Source: Epiperipatus broadwayi
Taxonomy: Eukaryota > Animalia > Onychophora
NCBI GenBank assembly: GCA_028023455.1
Contig: JAQFVV010000006.1
Span: 20,336,001 to 20,400,000, forward strand
Length of the DNA: 64,000 nucleotides
Direction of reading: 5' to 3'
The notes under the pieces were generated by a model. The model did not search any database and was not told the origin of the DNA. It worked only from the letters and a program-made list of their open reading frames with translations. Below are positions 39,621 to 53,671 of this stretch, one piece after another. Position 1 is the first letter of the stretch. Each line of letters begins with the position of its first letter. A program made the position numbers and the translations under genes.

Positions 39621-41332
39621 CTTCCAACCCATTTTTTCCTTTGTTTTTTATAACTTCAGCCCTCAAGAATTAAAAAAGTTATGGTGGGAATAGGCTTAGT
39701 AAGTTCTTAGTTATAGTCTTTGCTTGAGGTAGTGCAATCAATGAAGTCAGTTTGAAACTGAATTTAAGTTAGCCACAAGTTTTGGACCTAAAAATGCAAT
39801 CTAAAAATGTCCTCTCTTATGCAGTCTGGCTAGATTGTAGCACTCAATAGAATACTTATTTCAGTAGTAGAAATATAGACAGTAACAGTAAAGCAAGACG
39901 TCGTGGTAATACTAAAGATTAGTCTTATAAATCTAACTTTTTTTTTAAGTGTAAGAATGTGCAAACTCTTTACTTGATATAAACTCTTCAAGACAAGAAA
40001 TGAAGAACTGTACTAGTGGATAAGGAGCTGCCAAGATTTAAAATCAATATCTTTCAGAGGAAGAAAGTTTAATAGAACATACGGATAGTTACAATTCTTT
40101 TGGAAATGCAGTTCCATGAAAGGAAAGCATAGTATTGGATTAGCTATAAAGTCTAATTTAGAATCTTCTAATGTTGAAATTTTTCATTGTTTCAATGAAA
40201 GGCTAATAATATTAAACCTCACATAAAGGAAATATAAATCATTTTATTAATGCCTATTAGCAAGATTCAGGGAATCCAAAGAAGAAAGCTTTTATTTTTT
40301 GTTGGATAGCATTGTTATAGCAATATTTTAGATCAAATGTTTCTTCTTGGACTTTTCAGATGTACTTTCAAATACCGAAATGGAACATTTTTGCACCAAA
40401 ACTTCATCTTGTATTTGATAAATTTAAAGTGATATTTTGTTGTTTTGGTGTGCATGTTTTTTTAAACATAAATGTTTGTGCAAAAGTAGACTTTGGCCAA
40501 CAGTTATTGGGCATAATGGTCATGGTGCATCAAATTCAAATGATTTGTTATTGAATTTATATGCAACACCTAGATTGCTTATCACAAACACTTTGTTTAG
40601 ACATAAAACTATTTAAATTAAAATGGATGAACCCACACTTAATATAAAGGCATTTAAATTTCTATTATAGTTAGGAGGCAGTATACAAGAGATCACAATA
40701 TGTCAGCATTTATAAGCAGAAATTGTTGGTCAGATCATGGATTAGTATGCTCCAAAATTAGAATAATAATTGCATTAAAAATAGATGTAACTCCAAAATA
40801 TTCATAAGAAAATTGATATTCGTTCTTTATAAAAAAAATACTATACACATTAAATTTCAATAATTATTAAACATTAGAATTGCTAATTTGAATCTTCAGA
40901 ACTCGTATTACTGAAACATGAAATCCTCTTAATGAGGGTGTTATGCACATAAATAAATCTATTCTTGATTTTCTAAAAAAAAAAAAAATCATGATTTATT
41001 TTTGACAATGACCTTATTATTAATGATTTAATTAAAACAAAAATGCTTTATTTTCTGCTTGGGAGAGTAATAGATTAAATATGGGATTTCACAATATATA
41101 GGCTCAAAAATGATTGGTGGATTAAAACTGCAAAGAAAATACACATTTTCTGGAGTTGTAATCATAATAGATCTTTTTTTGATGCAAAGAAAGTAACATA
41201 TAAACTTGAAAAACTATAACACAATCCTATTAAATCCAGAAATAGCACACTTTATATGTATGACATTTACCCTGCTATTGTTTAATCAAAATCACCCCCT
41301 GTGCTTAGGTTTAGTTATTTTACACCACAAAT

Positions 41333-41432
<100 letters not shown>

Positions 41433-42168
41433 TTTTGGATCATACCATATATTAATCTTTTGCATAGATTATCAAATATTTTGATGAAATTATATTCATC
41501 TTTGACAAGGCTAAGGCTGTAATAAAAAACTATTGTGTTTTTAAGAAATAATGAGATTCGACAACTATATAATATATATATAATTTTATTACCTAAGAAA
41601 CTACAGCCATTCATTATAGTCTTAGCTTTAACTAAGATGAATGCGAGTTCAGCAAAACAATGGCAAAAACTAATATATAGTATGATCTAAGAAAAGATTT
41701 TATTTTCATCAAATAACTGTGAAAATCTTTGTTATATTAAATGACATTAAATTTAGTACTGAAAGAAAACCTCTTCATTAGAATGAGATGTAAAATAAAT
41801 TAGTAATAATTTTTCTCTAAAAAACTACTGACACTGTTTATGTGTATGTTATGAAGATTATCTTCACAATATTACAAAATGATGAGATATTTCCTGCTTT
41901 CATTTTGAAGGATATGATTGATTCTAGATCTATACTCTAGATCTTAATTAAAATTGTCCATAACACAAATACCTTCATTCTGTTTATCTTTTGTTAATCT
42001 TTATTAAAAATGATAATATATAAGTATATATGCACAAAGTGGACTCTATCAGCAGTGATAGGGTGAAAAATTTCCATGACTTGACTTGGTTTTAAACTTT
42101 TATTTTCTCAAATTTTAATTGGACAATTTCTTTTTAGGTAGCCATTTAAGTCCAGCTAGCTACATATA

Positions 42169-42625
42169 TAATATTAATCAATAATCAGCGTTAAGCCATT
42201 GCACATGCACTTTGTAGATTTTAAAAATAAATGAATACTCCCACTTCAAACACAAGATAAGTCTTTGGTAAAGATAAAATAAATCCATCTATCTTTTCGA
42301 ACCCAAATGATTATGTATTGGAAAAATCTTAAGTATTTGAAAGTAAGAGCATGAAGATATTAAACAATCATTTTAAATTACTTTTTACATGCTTGAATGA
42401 ATGTTGCTGGCGAAATTTACTAGAATTTGATTGTTTAATATCTTCACGCTCTCACTTTCAAATACTTAAGATTTGCCCATACATATTCGTTTGGGTTCGA
42501 AAAGATAGATGGATTCATTCTATCATTTTCAAAGACTCATCTTGTGTTTGAAGTGGGACTATTCATTTATTGTTAAATATTTACAAAGCGCATGTGCAAT
42601 AGCTTAATGCTGATTATTAATATTA
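42169..42625. mobile_element. Fold-back/MITE with ~190-bp inverted arms
   Basis: Arms ~42182-42370 and 42428-42616 are complementary with scattered mismatches (e.g. ccatctatcttttcgaacccaaa / tttgggttcgaaaagatagatgg); ~57-bp spacer. Confidence 0.9.
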
Positions 42626-43528
42626 CAGTTTATAAACATCGCGCTATATAAAATAAATAGTTTATTTCTAATATTGATCAATAATTGGATATCTACCTAC
42701 TCTTAGTTAGAAAGTATTACAAGGCTCAACAAACGGTAATATTATTAAAGCCACCACAACCAGACTTTGTTAAATCTGTAAATTATATTTTTCATTATTA
42801 TTTATTACGGGAGTTCTTGAAAAGAGTATTATTCAGTCATGCAGTGGACTATTATATACATATATACAAATGTTTCTAACAAAAATAATTTTTATTAGAA
42901 TTATGCTCTTTACAATGGAAATGTTTCATTAATGTTTCAAAATGAGTTGTAAATCAATATAACTTTTTTCTGATTAAATTACCATTTGCAAAATAATTTA
43001 ATCTATACAGTTTAGCGCCCACCCAATTTGTGGTAGTGGTAATTAAGTATCTTTTCATACGAGATCGAACAAATTAGCAATGTGCATACACAAAAATAAA
43101 TAAATATTTATTTATATAATAGAATCATTTAAGGTTTTTTGATATTTATTCTTTTAAAACAAATGAAAAAAAAAAGAAGGTAATTTGCCAAAATAATATG
43201 GAGAATATATGAAGTGGAAGAAATTCTAGCTTATAGAAAACTTAATGATTGAAAATGATTATTTATATTGTGGCAGCAGAGTCATACATGCTAGAAAAGA
43301 TAAAACGTAGCTAATAGCAAATGTAAAGTAATTAATAAAAAAAACTGTATGACAATAGATGCTAAAATATTCCAAGGCAAAGAGATTGAAAATATAATTT
43401 GTCTAAATAACATGTATTTCCAGCAGCTGAAGTAATATCTTAATTGAAGGGAAATTCTAAAGAATAGTTAATAATAACGGAAACATAAACTTCCCTTAAA
43501 TGAACAGTAATATATTTAAATGCATTGG

Positions 43529-43707
43529 AACGCAATTAAAGGTGAAACTAAAGTGTGAATTATAATACTAAAGTGACTTGTCTTTATATATTCTATTTTC
43601 CCCCAGATAATCCTTTAACTATGATTACTAGGATCTAGAAACCCCTCGAAAGCGCCAAGCCACTTTAGTATTATAATTCGCACACCAGCTTCACCTTTAA
43701 CTGCGTT
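43529..43707. mobile_element. Small MITE-like inverted repeat (~52-bp arms)
   Basis: aacgcaattaaaggtgaa...gaattataatactaaagtgacttg / caagccactttagtattataattc...ttcacctttaactgcgtt. Confidence 0.8.
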
Positions 43708-45973
43708 TTAGCGTATTTAAAGAATAATTACTAAAAAAACTGCTACATTTTGATTTACAAGTGTGAAAATTACTTGACCCACAACTCTGACGTACTCCAC
43801 TCTAGATTAATACATTAATGATTATCACTAATCATTTATTAAACTAGAAATAATCCCTAGCTAGGATGTAAACTTCAAAATTTATTTAAAGATTAATATA
43901 TTTTTTGATTTAATTAAACACATGCACATGAAATAATTCAACTTCATTTCTCTTTTGTCATGAATAATATTTTTTTATAGATGTAATTAATAGTCTCACG
44001 TCCCCAACACATTCTTGAAGCATGTCTTTTAAGATGGCTTTAGACATATATTTCAGGAATGTGTTGTGGAGTGGAGGTTATTAAGTATATCTATATTAGT
44101 AAAAAATAAAATATAGTCAGTCAAAAAGGGATTAGATGTGTGGGATCTAATAATAATCTCATAAAGGTGAAGTAACTAAAATATAGTAAATAAAATTAAT
44201 ATATAAAATAGGATATGTCACTTTAAAAAAAAATGTTTTGAGAATAGTTATTTAATGATGAATTGTTTTATGGATCATATATTTCTATTAGTATTTCTAA
44301 TTCTGTATACTTGGATTCTTTAACTTAAATGAATTGAAGGAGAAAGGGGTATATGATTATTGAAATTATTAATGGCTGGATGTAAAATATATTTTAATAT
44401 ATTCAATAATTAAAAATTCTTTATAGTATATGTTGGATTGTATGTTCACAAAGGATGCAGAATTAGCCATTATATAAAGTATACAAGAAGAAAATGCCAT
44501 TCTTGTTATATATGCAACTTATTATAATATGTGTTTTGATTTATTAATGGTATAATTGTCAAAAGCAAAATTTAAAGTGTGTAAAAGATTTGGAAATAGA
44601 TAATCTTGGCTGTATTAATTTGCTGAAGTCAAATTGCATAATTTATTGCTTGAATTGAATATAAAATAATAATTGGAAGATAATTTATATATTTAAATGT
44701 TTTGAACATTTAACCAAAGGAAGGTAAATGTAGTTATTACTGTTATTATTTGCTGAGCATGCTTTCGACATTGACGGCCAAAATTATAGGCTCATATTTT
44801 GCTGCAGGAAGCAATTTTTATGTAAATGCCCTATTTACATATTCCATTTCTTTGATAAGGGAACACAGAATTCTTTTTTATTTATAGTGTGGGGGTTATT
44901 AGTAATGAATCATGCTTCTTTGAATTTACACTTTTTACTCTTGCTGGGTCAAAAGTGTGACTGCATTCCTGCTCATGGTCTAAAAATATTGATTTATATT
45001 CTGAATTCTTTTTGGCATGGCTATACAGATATAGTGCAAAATATATTTTATAAAAAAATAATAGAAATATAAAATTGAACTTTTATAATTGAATACAATA
45101 AAATTTTAATTGAGAGAGATTACCAGAAAACAACTTAATTGATTCAAAATCAGAATCAAAAAAAAATATTTCATGAAGTTTGGTATTGAGAAGGGAAAGA
45201 ATACTTAGCTATTGAAATATAGGGTATTGATTTATGGGTATAAATGAACAGTTGTAATGTAAACAAAAGTAGCAAGGTATAAAAAGAACTGAGGACTAGT
45301 TTAATTTATTCATTATTCTTAGAGGTTAAATATAGCTCTCCACACTGCTGTATTAAAACTTAGTAAGAAAAGATAGATTACAAATTAATAGTCATTAATG
45401 TGCCTGGTTTAAAAAAACCAGCATTGGAAAACTATAATTTTTATTATACTTCTTCAACATCTATAAGCAAAAATATCTACAAATGCATCATTATTAGGAT
45501 GTATTAGTGAGTAAAATCTCTATTTGGGTTGTGAATTCCTATCTGAAATATGATGTTTGGAAGGTATTATAATGTAGCCAAAATATCTAGTCAATAGCTC
45601 CATGTCCATAAGTGGGGGGAAATGGCATCTGTTCTAATCCATAGTAAGCAAATCCAAATCTGTAAGTCTAGAAATTGGAGGAAATATATTATTATGAAAA
45701 ACTGACTGACCATCATATGCTGGATTTATTATAAAATTACAAGGAATGACAGCCTAAAAAGATTAGCCTTGTAACTATGCTTTATGTAAGGAGCAACACA
45801 ATAATAAATGATTTGTTATAAATGCATCGAAATAAATTGGTGAGAAGCATTTCACTATGAAAATAAAGACCTACAAAATATTCATTACACAAAAATGTTT
45901 TGATAATTAATATTTTGAGTAATTTTTATACACTCATTTAATAATTTACACCAGTAATTATATATATATATAT

Positions 45974-48837
45974 TGAAACAGGAAGATTGCTCTGCAAGTC
46001 TTTGTTTCACCTTTATCTTACATTTCACCTACCCTTATACCTAAATTCGAATCCCAAATCGTTCGTGGTGTGTCTGTACGGCCATTTATATACTAAAATC
46101 CCACCTAAAATAAACCACGTAGGCATTATTACTCGTGGAGTCCAATTTTCAACCCTTTATTTTTGTTGATATATAAATGTCGAGTATGTGCATGTTTACA
46201 TATTCATTTAAAAGGTTATATAGGTAAAACTACACACAGACTACGATGATAACTGTTAAATATTAATATCAATCATTGAAATTATATTATTGGATTGTGG
46301 TTGTTGAGTTCATTTATTTTAAAAATATTGTGTTGCAATATTTATTTTTTATTGTAGGTAAAATAATAATTATTAAAAGTAGTTTATAAATGGATTCATG
46401 CAATTACAATCTAAATGTGAAATAATTTAATATTTTTCTAAAATTATAAAGTTCCCGCCATTGAAGATTATATAAATATAAAATAAGGCTAGGTTGAGAA
46501 TATAATAGATTTAAAGTAAAACATTTTGGATTATAAATTCACACTTCGTATGTCTACTTAGGAATTTCCAATTAGCAAAAGTCTTCAACAGAATGAAATA
46601 AATGTTTTAATCTTCTTTCAATCTGAGCATTTACTGGAATTTATAATTGTAAACTAAAAGAAAAAACCTTAAAATGGATTCCTTCTGATGTTCAGATAAG
46701 AAATAACTAATTGATAAGAATGCAAAAGGTTAAAGGTTTGTCATGCCCCAAAGCAGGTTCTTTTATAAGATAAACAGTATATACTGAATGTTTTTTCTTT
46801 TGTTAGGAGGAAGGGAAGAAACAAAAGCTGATTCTGATGCTGTTTTTCTGCTGTTTGATTTTTGCATTTTGATTTTATTTTCTGAGGTTATAATTTTTTT
46901 TATTCTGAGAATTCGGACGGTCTGAACTATTATTTTCGGAATGCTGATCCTGATGTTTTGCTGACCGACCATCCGTGACTTAAATAATCCGCTTTCAAGA
47001 AAATGTACAAAATGCTGACCTATCATAGAACTGCCAATATGACTGAGAAGAGTCGGCACCGTGGCTATTTTCCTTTTGGAAATAGCTGGCCGCTGCTGAT
47101 GTACCATCTGACGCATCACCAATATGCCTTAAGGAACCGCCTATGCTGCTGCAAACAGAGACTGAATTAACATGCTGCTAAATCTGATCCACTCCTGAAA
47201 TGTGCTCCAGCTTCAACCACCCAAGCAACTGAAAGGTAACAAAATTAACCCAAGAGCTCTTGTGATCTAAAACCTGCTATAGCAAAACAAACTCCCTTTT
47301 CTCGCCACACTTATTATCATGTCTGTTTTAAAATGTATATTTAAATTTATTGCTCGATCTAAACCTTGGGTTAATATCAAATTTAAATTGTTTTATTTGC
47401 GTATTTTATGGGCTTGCATAGCATCGACCGAGCGAAGCAAATCTTAGTTAATGATACTCCCCATTCCTTATAAAGAATGTAATTTTACGTTCATGAGTCC
47501 CTCCCTTAAATGAGATTTAGTAAGCCACTCGTTCGATGACTATATTATTTTCTTTATAATACCTAGATTTGATTCATAATCTTCCAGGATGTATGTGAGG
47601 TGTGGGAATAACTATTGGCGGATGTGGGAGTGCATGGGTTAATTACATTTTACTTAAATTCTCGCACTCACACCGTCCTTTTTATGTTAAACCCCATTAT
47701 TTGTTTTAAGTATTTCTATTGTCATTCTGAGTTTGGGAGAGTGTAGACGCTTTTCATCAATGCAGTGAATTGCTTATGTGCCCAATCTTTCGTTATGTCC
47801 CCTTTTTTTGAATCGATTATATATATATTTTAGTGTTGCTGGCAAGGGTATTCGATGTTGAGATCACTTTGTTCTTTAAAAGGGCTTTAAACGGCCAAGT
47901 CCGTTTCCCCTTTACTTCTTCCTGCGGTTTCCAGTCAATGTGTGTACCAGAGCATCACACCTGGGGATGCTGACACAGTTCTTCGCAGCCATATGCTAGC
48001 ATACTCCGATCTTTAGGGCTATGGCCGAGACCAATGTGGGGTGCAACATATGTGTCTGATTTTATGATTTATTTCTTTATTGTCATCACAAAGTTCCTGT
48101 AGTTTAAATGGACTACCGCCCTCCATCGTTTCCTAAACCTTGCAAGTACCACTGAATCCCTTTTTAAGTACTTTAAGATAATATCATACTCACACATATA
48201 TTTCCGCACTAAGCAAGTCGCTGCTGCCAAGCTCATTGGAGCCGCTCTGCCTTTATTCTGAAGTCAGCCTTTATCGTAAAACTATTTAATATCTTTTATT
48301 ATAAATAATTCCAGTACTCTTATTCTTGGGCTTCGCATGTATTCAAGGTTTAGTAGGGCACATTCGTAAGCGATAATTGACCCAGGTTATAGATTAACGA
48401 GTAAAATGATTTAATCAATTGTAGTTAACCATTTGACGCCACTATTTAATAAATAAATAGTGCCAGAAATCATATTTAGCCACTTAATAAATCATGTTAA
48501 TTTAATCAATTCTTTACGTTAGTGTTTATTTTCTGATTCATCTCATTGTCTCATATTGTCTGGGTTATACACGTATCTATTAAGACGTTCCAAACCCTAG
48601 CTGTTAATTTATTTATAAATCTCACATAGTCTCTTCTCTCTCTCTGACCACCACGGCCTGAAAAGATGTTGCTATGGTGATGGCGGGTTCGGGCTCCATC
48701 GTATTTGGTTGCGTAGTCGATCTGCTGTATTCGAATCCGTTATGACAAGCCCTGAACCCACTTGTGGTGCTGTTTTTCGAGTGTGGTGGAGAAACTGTGC
48801 AACTTGTTTACGGAATGTGCGAATTCTTACCATTACA
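45974..48837 (+). mobile_element. Candidate long solo LTR (~2.86 kb) in a (TA)n site
   Basis: TG(AAAC)...(ATTA)CA termini with TA repeats on both flanks; CpG retained inside; last ~70 bp similar to the end of 54530-57557; no coding domains. Confidence 0.65.
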
Positions 48838-48890
48838 ATATATATATATATATAATACAAATAAAATATCCATTAACTAAAAAACTATTA

Positions 48891-49402
48891 TAATAACAAT
48901 AAAAATAATAAATATAACAGTAATCTTTCAATCTGCAAAACTACTTTCAGTTAATTCCTTAACCCTCCTCAACTGCTGTTAATTTTAACAAACATTACAA
49001 AAACAAATACCATCAATAGAAATCCCATAAATCCCAAATTTTATTGTTAGCAGCTTGTTGAAGCTTGGTGCTTCAGTTTTTTTGGATCATGAAAAGACAT
49101 ATACATATAAATTTAAGTTTGATCTTGAAAGTGTTAAAATTCTTCAATGAAGAAAGAAAGCATAATAAAAGAAAAAAATAAGGAGGGCATTTTAATAAAT
49201 AGAAATAAAATGAATATGATTTAATAGTCAAGCTGCTAACATTAAAATTTGGGATTCATGGAATTTGAGTTGATGACATTTGCTTCCATTATATATTTTT
49301 AATTTAACAGCAGTTGAAGAGGGTTAGGGAATTAACCAAGAGTACTTCTGCAGATTGAATGACTATAATAGTTAATTACCATTATATTTTTATTGTTATT
49401 AT
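48891..49402. mobile_element. MITE with long imperfect inverted arms
   Basis: taataacaataaaaat...ttaaccctcctcaactgctgttaa vs ttaacagcagttgaagagggtta...ttgttatta; inner arms aaatcccaaatttta.tgttagcagcttg. Confidence 0.85.
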
Positions 49403-49429
49403 ATATATATATATATATAATAACAAAAA

Positions 49430-49640
49430 TTAGCTCATATCCATGAAAAAGAAATAATCTTTCATCTTTGATGTTGCCAAGAAATTATCAATTATTATTA
49501 ATTGACAATCTCTGAGGCTAAATAGGTTTTCTCATTAACTTATAATAGCTTTTTTTATTGGTTTTTGTTAAAGTAAAATGAATCATACTTTACTTCAAAT
49601 TTATGTTCTCATATGGATTTAAACCCAGAAGACTCTTTTT
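49430..49640 (+). mobile_element. MITE family X, partial copy
   Basis: catatccatg...tgatgttgccaagaaattatcaatt...ttgacaat...ggatttaaacccagaag, matches 18225-18430. Confidence 0.75.
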
Positions 49641-49724
49641 ATAGATGTGAGAATGTAAAGAATAGCATCTTTCTTGACATTTTGCAAATAATGTTTAAAC
49701 TTCTCCAGTTAATTGTATATTTTG

Positions 49725-50169
49725 AATTAAATATTTCCATGGATTGTTATTATAATAAAGGTTAGAAATGAGATCATATCCATAGAAAGAGAACTAATCA
49801 TTAATCTTTATTGTTGCCAAGAAACGATCAATTACTACTAATTGACAATTTATGAAGCTAAAGAAGTTTTCTTATTAACCCATAATAGCTCTTTTGGGAG
49901 TTTTTTGTTGAAGTAAAAAAAATTTTCTTCAAACTTTTTGGATTTAAATCAATTTGGGCTTGAAGTAAAAGATCCCTTTTACTTTAATAAAACTGCAACA
50001 AGAGAGCTAAAATAGGTTAAAGAGAAACTTGTTTACTCTCAGGTATTATAAATTAATAGTAACTGATAGTTTCTTGGCAATATCAAAGGTTAAACATTAT
50101 TTCTGTTTACCTGAATATGAACTCATTTCTATTCTTTATTATAATAACAATCCATGGAAATATTTAATT
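49725..50169. mobile_element. MITE family X, complete palindromic copy
   Basis: Outer 36 bp perfectly inverted (aattaaatatttccatggattgttattataataaag); inner arms imperfect. Confidence 0.9.
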
Positions 50170-50790
50170 TAACATATATATTAATGTTGCCATTTTACTA
50201 TATATATATATATTCTTTCTGATAAAAACCAGTCCTCTTGTTGAAATATTAAAGTAATTTTATATCAAGTAATTTTTTTCTGTATTTTATTATTTTTATA
50301 TATATATAGTTGTTAATACAAAATTTTACAACTCTTTCTAATAAAAATTATTCAATTTTATAATGTCTAAAATTATTGAAATTAAATTATAATTTAAATT
50401 GTTTTTTTTTTGTGTAAAGTACTGATTTGGAAGTATTTCTATTATATTTTTTATTGAAGAAATGATAAGGTATTTAGCAGCTCATAGATAAATCTCAAAA
50501 CCTAGAATATTAAGTTAATTATAAGAGTTTAACATTTTTATTTAAAGGATAAGCATCTAAATACACATGCAAGTACTGATTATTGGACTGCCTTGATTAT
50601 TGTGTATGTTCTACATGTGTGACATTATGATTGTTTTAAGTTATTGTATCTCTCATAAATAATTATCATTGAACTTTAATATCAATTACTTTGGAGTTCA
50701 AATCACTATATTTTGTTATTTTTATGTCTTTTTGTATTCCTCCTTGTGCCATACATTTATCACACACAAAATCACATATATATATACACA

Positions 50791-51883
50791 CAGCATGTTC
50801 CAGGAAAAAGTTGATTGGTTGTATCTTTTGTGGACCATCTCTGAAGCGATACATGTTTTACACAAACCTTTATAGAAAACCTATGATGAACCAGTTTGCT
50901 ATAATTAAATTTTATTTTTAAATCAGGCAAAACCATTATTGAAACATTTTAAAAGTTTCACACTATGTAAGGAAGTGAAGCCAAATATTTGAAGAGTGAT
51001 TTCAAATAATTTGCAAGATTTTGTGATGGCAGAGGGAGAACTAAAAATGATCTCAGCTTAGAATTTAAGAAAACATGCTAAAAATGTCAGAAATTTTCAT
51101 TAATCTCATTGGTATTCCTAAAACTATACGTCATCACATGTTAACAAGAGATTTGAAAAAGTAAAAGACATGCACGCTGTTTATGATTCACTTCTTAGCA
51201 ATCAACCAAAAAAAAACATCAGATTGTAGCACTGCAGAGATGTGTAAAGGACTCTAACTGTAGATCTAGAATTCTTTTTAGATATCATAATGGGTGGTGA
51301 GACATGATGTTTCAATATTAGCATCAGAATGAGGAATGGATATTTTTGGATGAATGAAAACCAAAAAAAAAAAAAAAATTATGAATGCTAAAGACAATCA
51401 AAACATTTTTCATGATTTTGTTTAATTCTAAAAGCATTATTTACCATAAATATATAAACAGATAGTAAATGTTAAATACTGCTCAGATGTTTTGATTTGT
51501 TTTTTAGACCAAAACTTACACACCACACCAAAATAGTGAAAAAAACTCTCTTGATAATTGTGGCATGTAATACCAAGGACATGCATCATGTTGTAGCTAA
51601 AAATTTTTATTGAGCCTGAGCACTCAATCTATTTTTCTAATGTACCAAAATTAAAGTTGGCCATAAAAAACGCATATCACGGTTTAAATCAAGATATCAA
51701 GAAACTTGCAGCTAAGGTTTTTTAGTGAAGAATTTGAAGGATTTATTCCAACAGTTTTACAATCATTTCCAGTGGTGTACATTGAACAAGAAGACAATTT
51801 TGAATAATTGATAATAAAACAAAACATAAAAAAACATCTTGTGTTTTATTTTACATTATTCACTTTTTTACTGGGACACAATG
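50791..51883 (+). mobile_element. Decayed mariner DNA transposon with transposase pseudogene
   Basis: Imperfect TIRs (cagcatgttccaggaaaaagt / actttttt-actgggacacaatg) followed by TA on the right; MNQFAIIKFYF..GKT..ETF, DIIMGGET*CF (IITGDETWCF), PKLKLAIK and a C-terminal decayed YFE-like motif. Confidence 0.85.
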
Positions 51884-51936
51884 TATATTAGTGATATTTA
51901 AATAACTCAATGAGAGATAGTTATTTCCATTTCAAT

Positions 51937-51978
<42 letters not shown>

Positions 51979-52010
51979 CGCGCGTGCGTGCAATAATATA
52001 TATATATATA

Positions 52011-52951
52011 TTATGAGCTTACCAATAGCTCTTAACAAGCTTTTCAAAATTTATCAACCCCAGATTGGTTTCTGCTTTTGGCTTCCTTAGTGAAGTGCTA
52101 GAATATTCAAGCATTAGATTTAAAATACCAGGTCAAGGCCAGCACTTCATCTAATGGTTAACTATTAAGTAGAATATCTGAAAATTTCAAACATTCATAT
52201 CTCTTCAAATCCAGATATCTAACTTAAATAGCCATATGGGATTGAACTAAGTTCAGATACACCATATATTAATAGTTTTAACAATATAAAATTGCCAAAG
52301 TCTTAATAGCAAAAAATATGGATGCCTGGATATATCAGATATTCTCCTTAAAAGTTAACCATTAGAGAAAAATGGGTGGCCTTGACCTAGTATTTTAAAT
52401 TTAATGCTTGCATATTTTAGCACTTCACTGAGGAATCCAGAAACAGAAAACTGTCTGGGATTGGGAATATTCTGAAAAGCTTGTTAAGAGCTATTGGCAA
52501 GCTCATTAGATAACATTTGTAATACAAGCTTACTAAATTAGGTCATGTGATATATGACTTGATTTCTTTGCAATTATGTTTTTTGCTATTAAGGCTTTGG
52601 TGATTTTATATTGCTAAAGCTATTAATATATGGTATATCTGAACTTAGTTCAATCCCATATGTCAATTTAATTTAGATAACTCTATCTGAAGACATATGA
52701 ATGTCTGAAATTTTCAGATTTTCTACTTAACAGTTATCCATTAGATAAAGTGCTGGGCATGACCTGGTATTTAAAATTTAATACTTGAACATCCTAGCAC
52801 CTCACTGAGGAAGCCAGAAGCAGAAATCAGACTAAGGTTGGAGATATTTTAAAAAGCTTGTTAAGAGCTAGTGGCAAGCTCATTAGTTAACATTTGTTAT
52901 ACAAGCTTACTAAATTAGGGCAGATGGTATATGACTTGATTTTTTTGCAAT
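52011..52951. mobile_element. Asymmetric inverted-repeat element between (TA)n tracts
   Basis: 52011-52306 is the reverse complement of ~52575-52886; 52330-52575 directly repeats the distal part of 52700-52951; a ~65-bp tail lies beyond the right arm. Confidence 0.85.
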
Positions 52952-53671
52952 ATATATATATAAACAAAAAAAAACTTATAAATCCAATAAATAATATTAT
53001 ATTTCAACCAGAAATAAAAAAAAATACACAGTAAAATGGTGCTTTCCAACGTGGAGCTTTCGATACAAAAAAACCCATATATACCCTGAGCAAAATATAA
53101 CGCATATAAATTTCTTTTAGCATCCATTACTCAAGTTAGCTAATTAATCTATATATATACGATTTTGTTTTGATAAAAATAATGAAAAAAAATAAATCGA
53201 GTGAAATAATATGGTTCAAGTGAACGAAAGGACAGCAGGTGTAATAACAAATTTAAGGAAAGCAGGGATGTGTGTGTAATTTAAGAAGGAACGAAAATAC
53301 TCGGATCTAATGAAATATTTTATATATATGTCAAAAAAAAAAAGTAATCAGTCGCTAAATGAGAAAGCAGGTAGCATTGAATAATTTATTAAAACATCGT
53401 TATATATATAGCATAGACAGCAGAAGCTTGTTATATATGTTCATAGTAAACATTTTGTTAAAGTACAAATATATATATCATAGACAGCAGTGGCTTATTA
53501 TGCACGTAACTAGTAGTTCGCTATAATATATATGTTAAATATGTTAAATGCAGCAATATAGAGATAGGGCAATGTAGAGTAGGTGAGGGCAGCGAAAGAG
53601 TGTTATAGGGCCAATATACTGGTGGGGAGTAGTCAAATGCTAGTAGTATAAAATAAATAATATTAAGAAAA

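Noticed and set aside
40280-40560. 64-aa ORF after an acceptor-like site, or a second Penelope fragment
   Set aside because: No donor or recognisable protein; minus-strand motifs are too decayed.
46763-47122. 119-aa minus-strand ORF
   Set aside because: No recognisable motif; lies inside the candidate solo LTR.
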